Part shown: positions 62,901-64,000 of the stretch, piece by piece | How positions within the stretch are numbered: position 1 is the first letter of the stretch | How the letters are laid out: every line of letters begins with the position of its first letter | Notes under the pieces: generated by a model | What the model was told of the DNA's origin: nothing | Databases searched by the model: none | The model's input: the letters and a program-made list of their open reading frames with translations, nothing else | Made by a program: the position numbers and the translations under genes | Assembly (NCBI GenBank): GCA_032718475.1 | Contig: JAUCBJ010001196.1 | Coordinates: forward strand, 62,001 to 126,000 | DNA: 64,000 bases | DNA from: Nemertoderma westbladi | Lineage: Eukaryota > Animalia > Xenacoelomorpha | Direction of reading: 5' to 3'

Positions 62901-63876
62901 AACCACATTCGGGCAAGTTTTCCTTTGAACAGAACGAATATGTTCGTCACCATCCATTTCGATCTAATCATAATAATAATAATAATAGGCAGATGCAAGT
63001 GATAGTGAAAATCATTCCAAAAGTGAAAGAAACATTACATCCCCCTCCAGGGGAATATCGACGCAAATAACAGCTGGTTTCTCTCAAAAATTGAACTTCA
63101 ATCTGTTCTATTGAGATTCGTATATTGTTTTGGTACGAATAACGTGCCACTGTAAACTGCTCCTTTCCCTAAATTAATAATTTAACATTGAACAAAGTAA
63201 TAATTCGCCAAAATGTGATTTGTATCCCCCCCCCCCCCCCCTGTCTCGACGGTGCATTTCGTCTGTTGTACCTGCCTGTTGCAAAAAAAAAAAATTTAGA
63301 GTGAGTTAACTATTAACTGTAGGTCTCGAGATACTTTAAAATTCATATTTGTATTAAACAATATTCCCCAAGTCACGATAGGATGTTGACTAACAGCCGA
63401 AGGTTAAAACTATGCGATGTGTGTCACATTTAATCTCTCAAAACTCTAGTAAGGTTAAATAAGAAAAACCGCATTATAGTTATACTGTAAATTAAATTCC
63501 TATTAAGTTGTCTTATTTGGTCTGTTGCTATGGTAACATGGACTGTAAAGATCACCCGAATGTGTACAATATCACGGGAAGTATCACCATGCTACTGAGC
63601 TGTAGTGATATTAAAAAAAAAATACCAATAAGGAAGCAAATAGTTGAGTAAAGGTACACGAATTATCCACCTAAACTTAATAATTTGATACTTGTGAAAA
63701 TTACTCTGGTCCAAATAATGGGCCTGGTGTCTGCGACATGATACGCTATTTGATTTTATATTGCCCTTGATGTGTTCCCAAGATGTTACTTAAGTTGTAA
63801 GAAGGGTTTTTTAATTTTCAAAATTGTTTGTTGATTTTCTCAGGAAAAGGAAAGGTGAGTAGGGCCGGGTTGGCGG
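59917..63876. repeat. Long inverted repeat: arms 59917-60639 and 63039-63876
   Basis: For example ATCTTGGGAACACATCAAGGGCAATATAAAATCAAATAGCGTATCATGTCGCAGACAC (60061) has its reverse complement at ~63727-63784. The right arm has a ~190-bp insert. Confidence 0.9.
60980..62795 (+). mobile_element. Decayed RTE-like LINE with a (TAG)n tail
   Basis: FVDF..F.CV.R..M..IL.AYGIP, GVIQGD, DFADD (~61983), LYG...WTL, RLRFAG.C.R. 5' boundary approximate. Confidence 0.85.
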
Positions 63877-64000
63877 CTAGGGTGGGTCATAAAATGTAAA
63901 AGTTATGCAATTGCTCCAGAAGTTGTACCAGTGAGGAGGCTTGGTGTGAGATGAAAAAATACCAAAAATTGAATAAATTGAATCACCCCTTGGGGGTCCT

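Overview
Repeat-dense animal (probably invertebrate) genomic DNA, not prokaryotic. Most of the window is a nested pile of retroelements: four BEL/Pao LTR families (called here A, B, C, D), a near-intact CsRn1-like Ty3/gypsy element, two LINE types (RTE-X-like and RTE-like) and a Penelope element with a hammerhead ribozyme, plus MITEs and minisatellites. Only two host-gene fragments are visible: an F-type-lectin-like exon and the terminal exon of an EF-hand gene. Four insertions are confirmed by target-site duplications (TSDs). The most unusual signals are in BEL family A. (1) It has no tRNA-type primer-binding site (PBS) next to the LTR; instead a 12-nt segment there is complementary to a site inside its own LTR, with a compensatory change in a second copy (candidate Tf1-like self-priming). 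(2) A conserved 63-aa ORF is coupled to gag by ATGA/TAATG stop-start overlaps. (3) A long extra ORF after integrase has DEDDy-exonuclease-like motifs and zinc knuckles, and family B carries an ORF with the same YDNEG motif in the same position. All calls are by eye; no database search was run.
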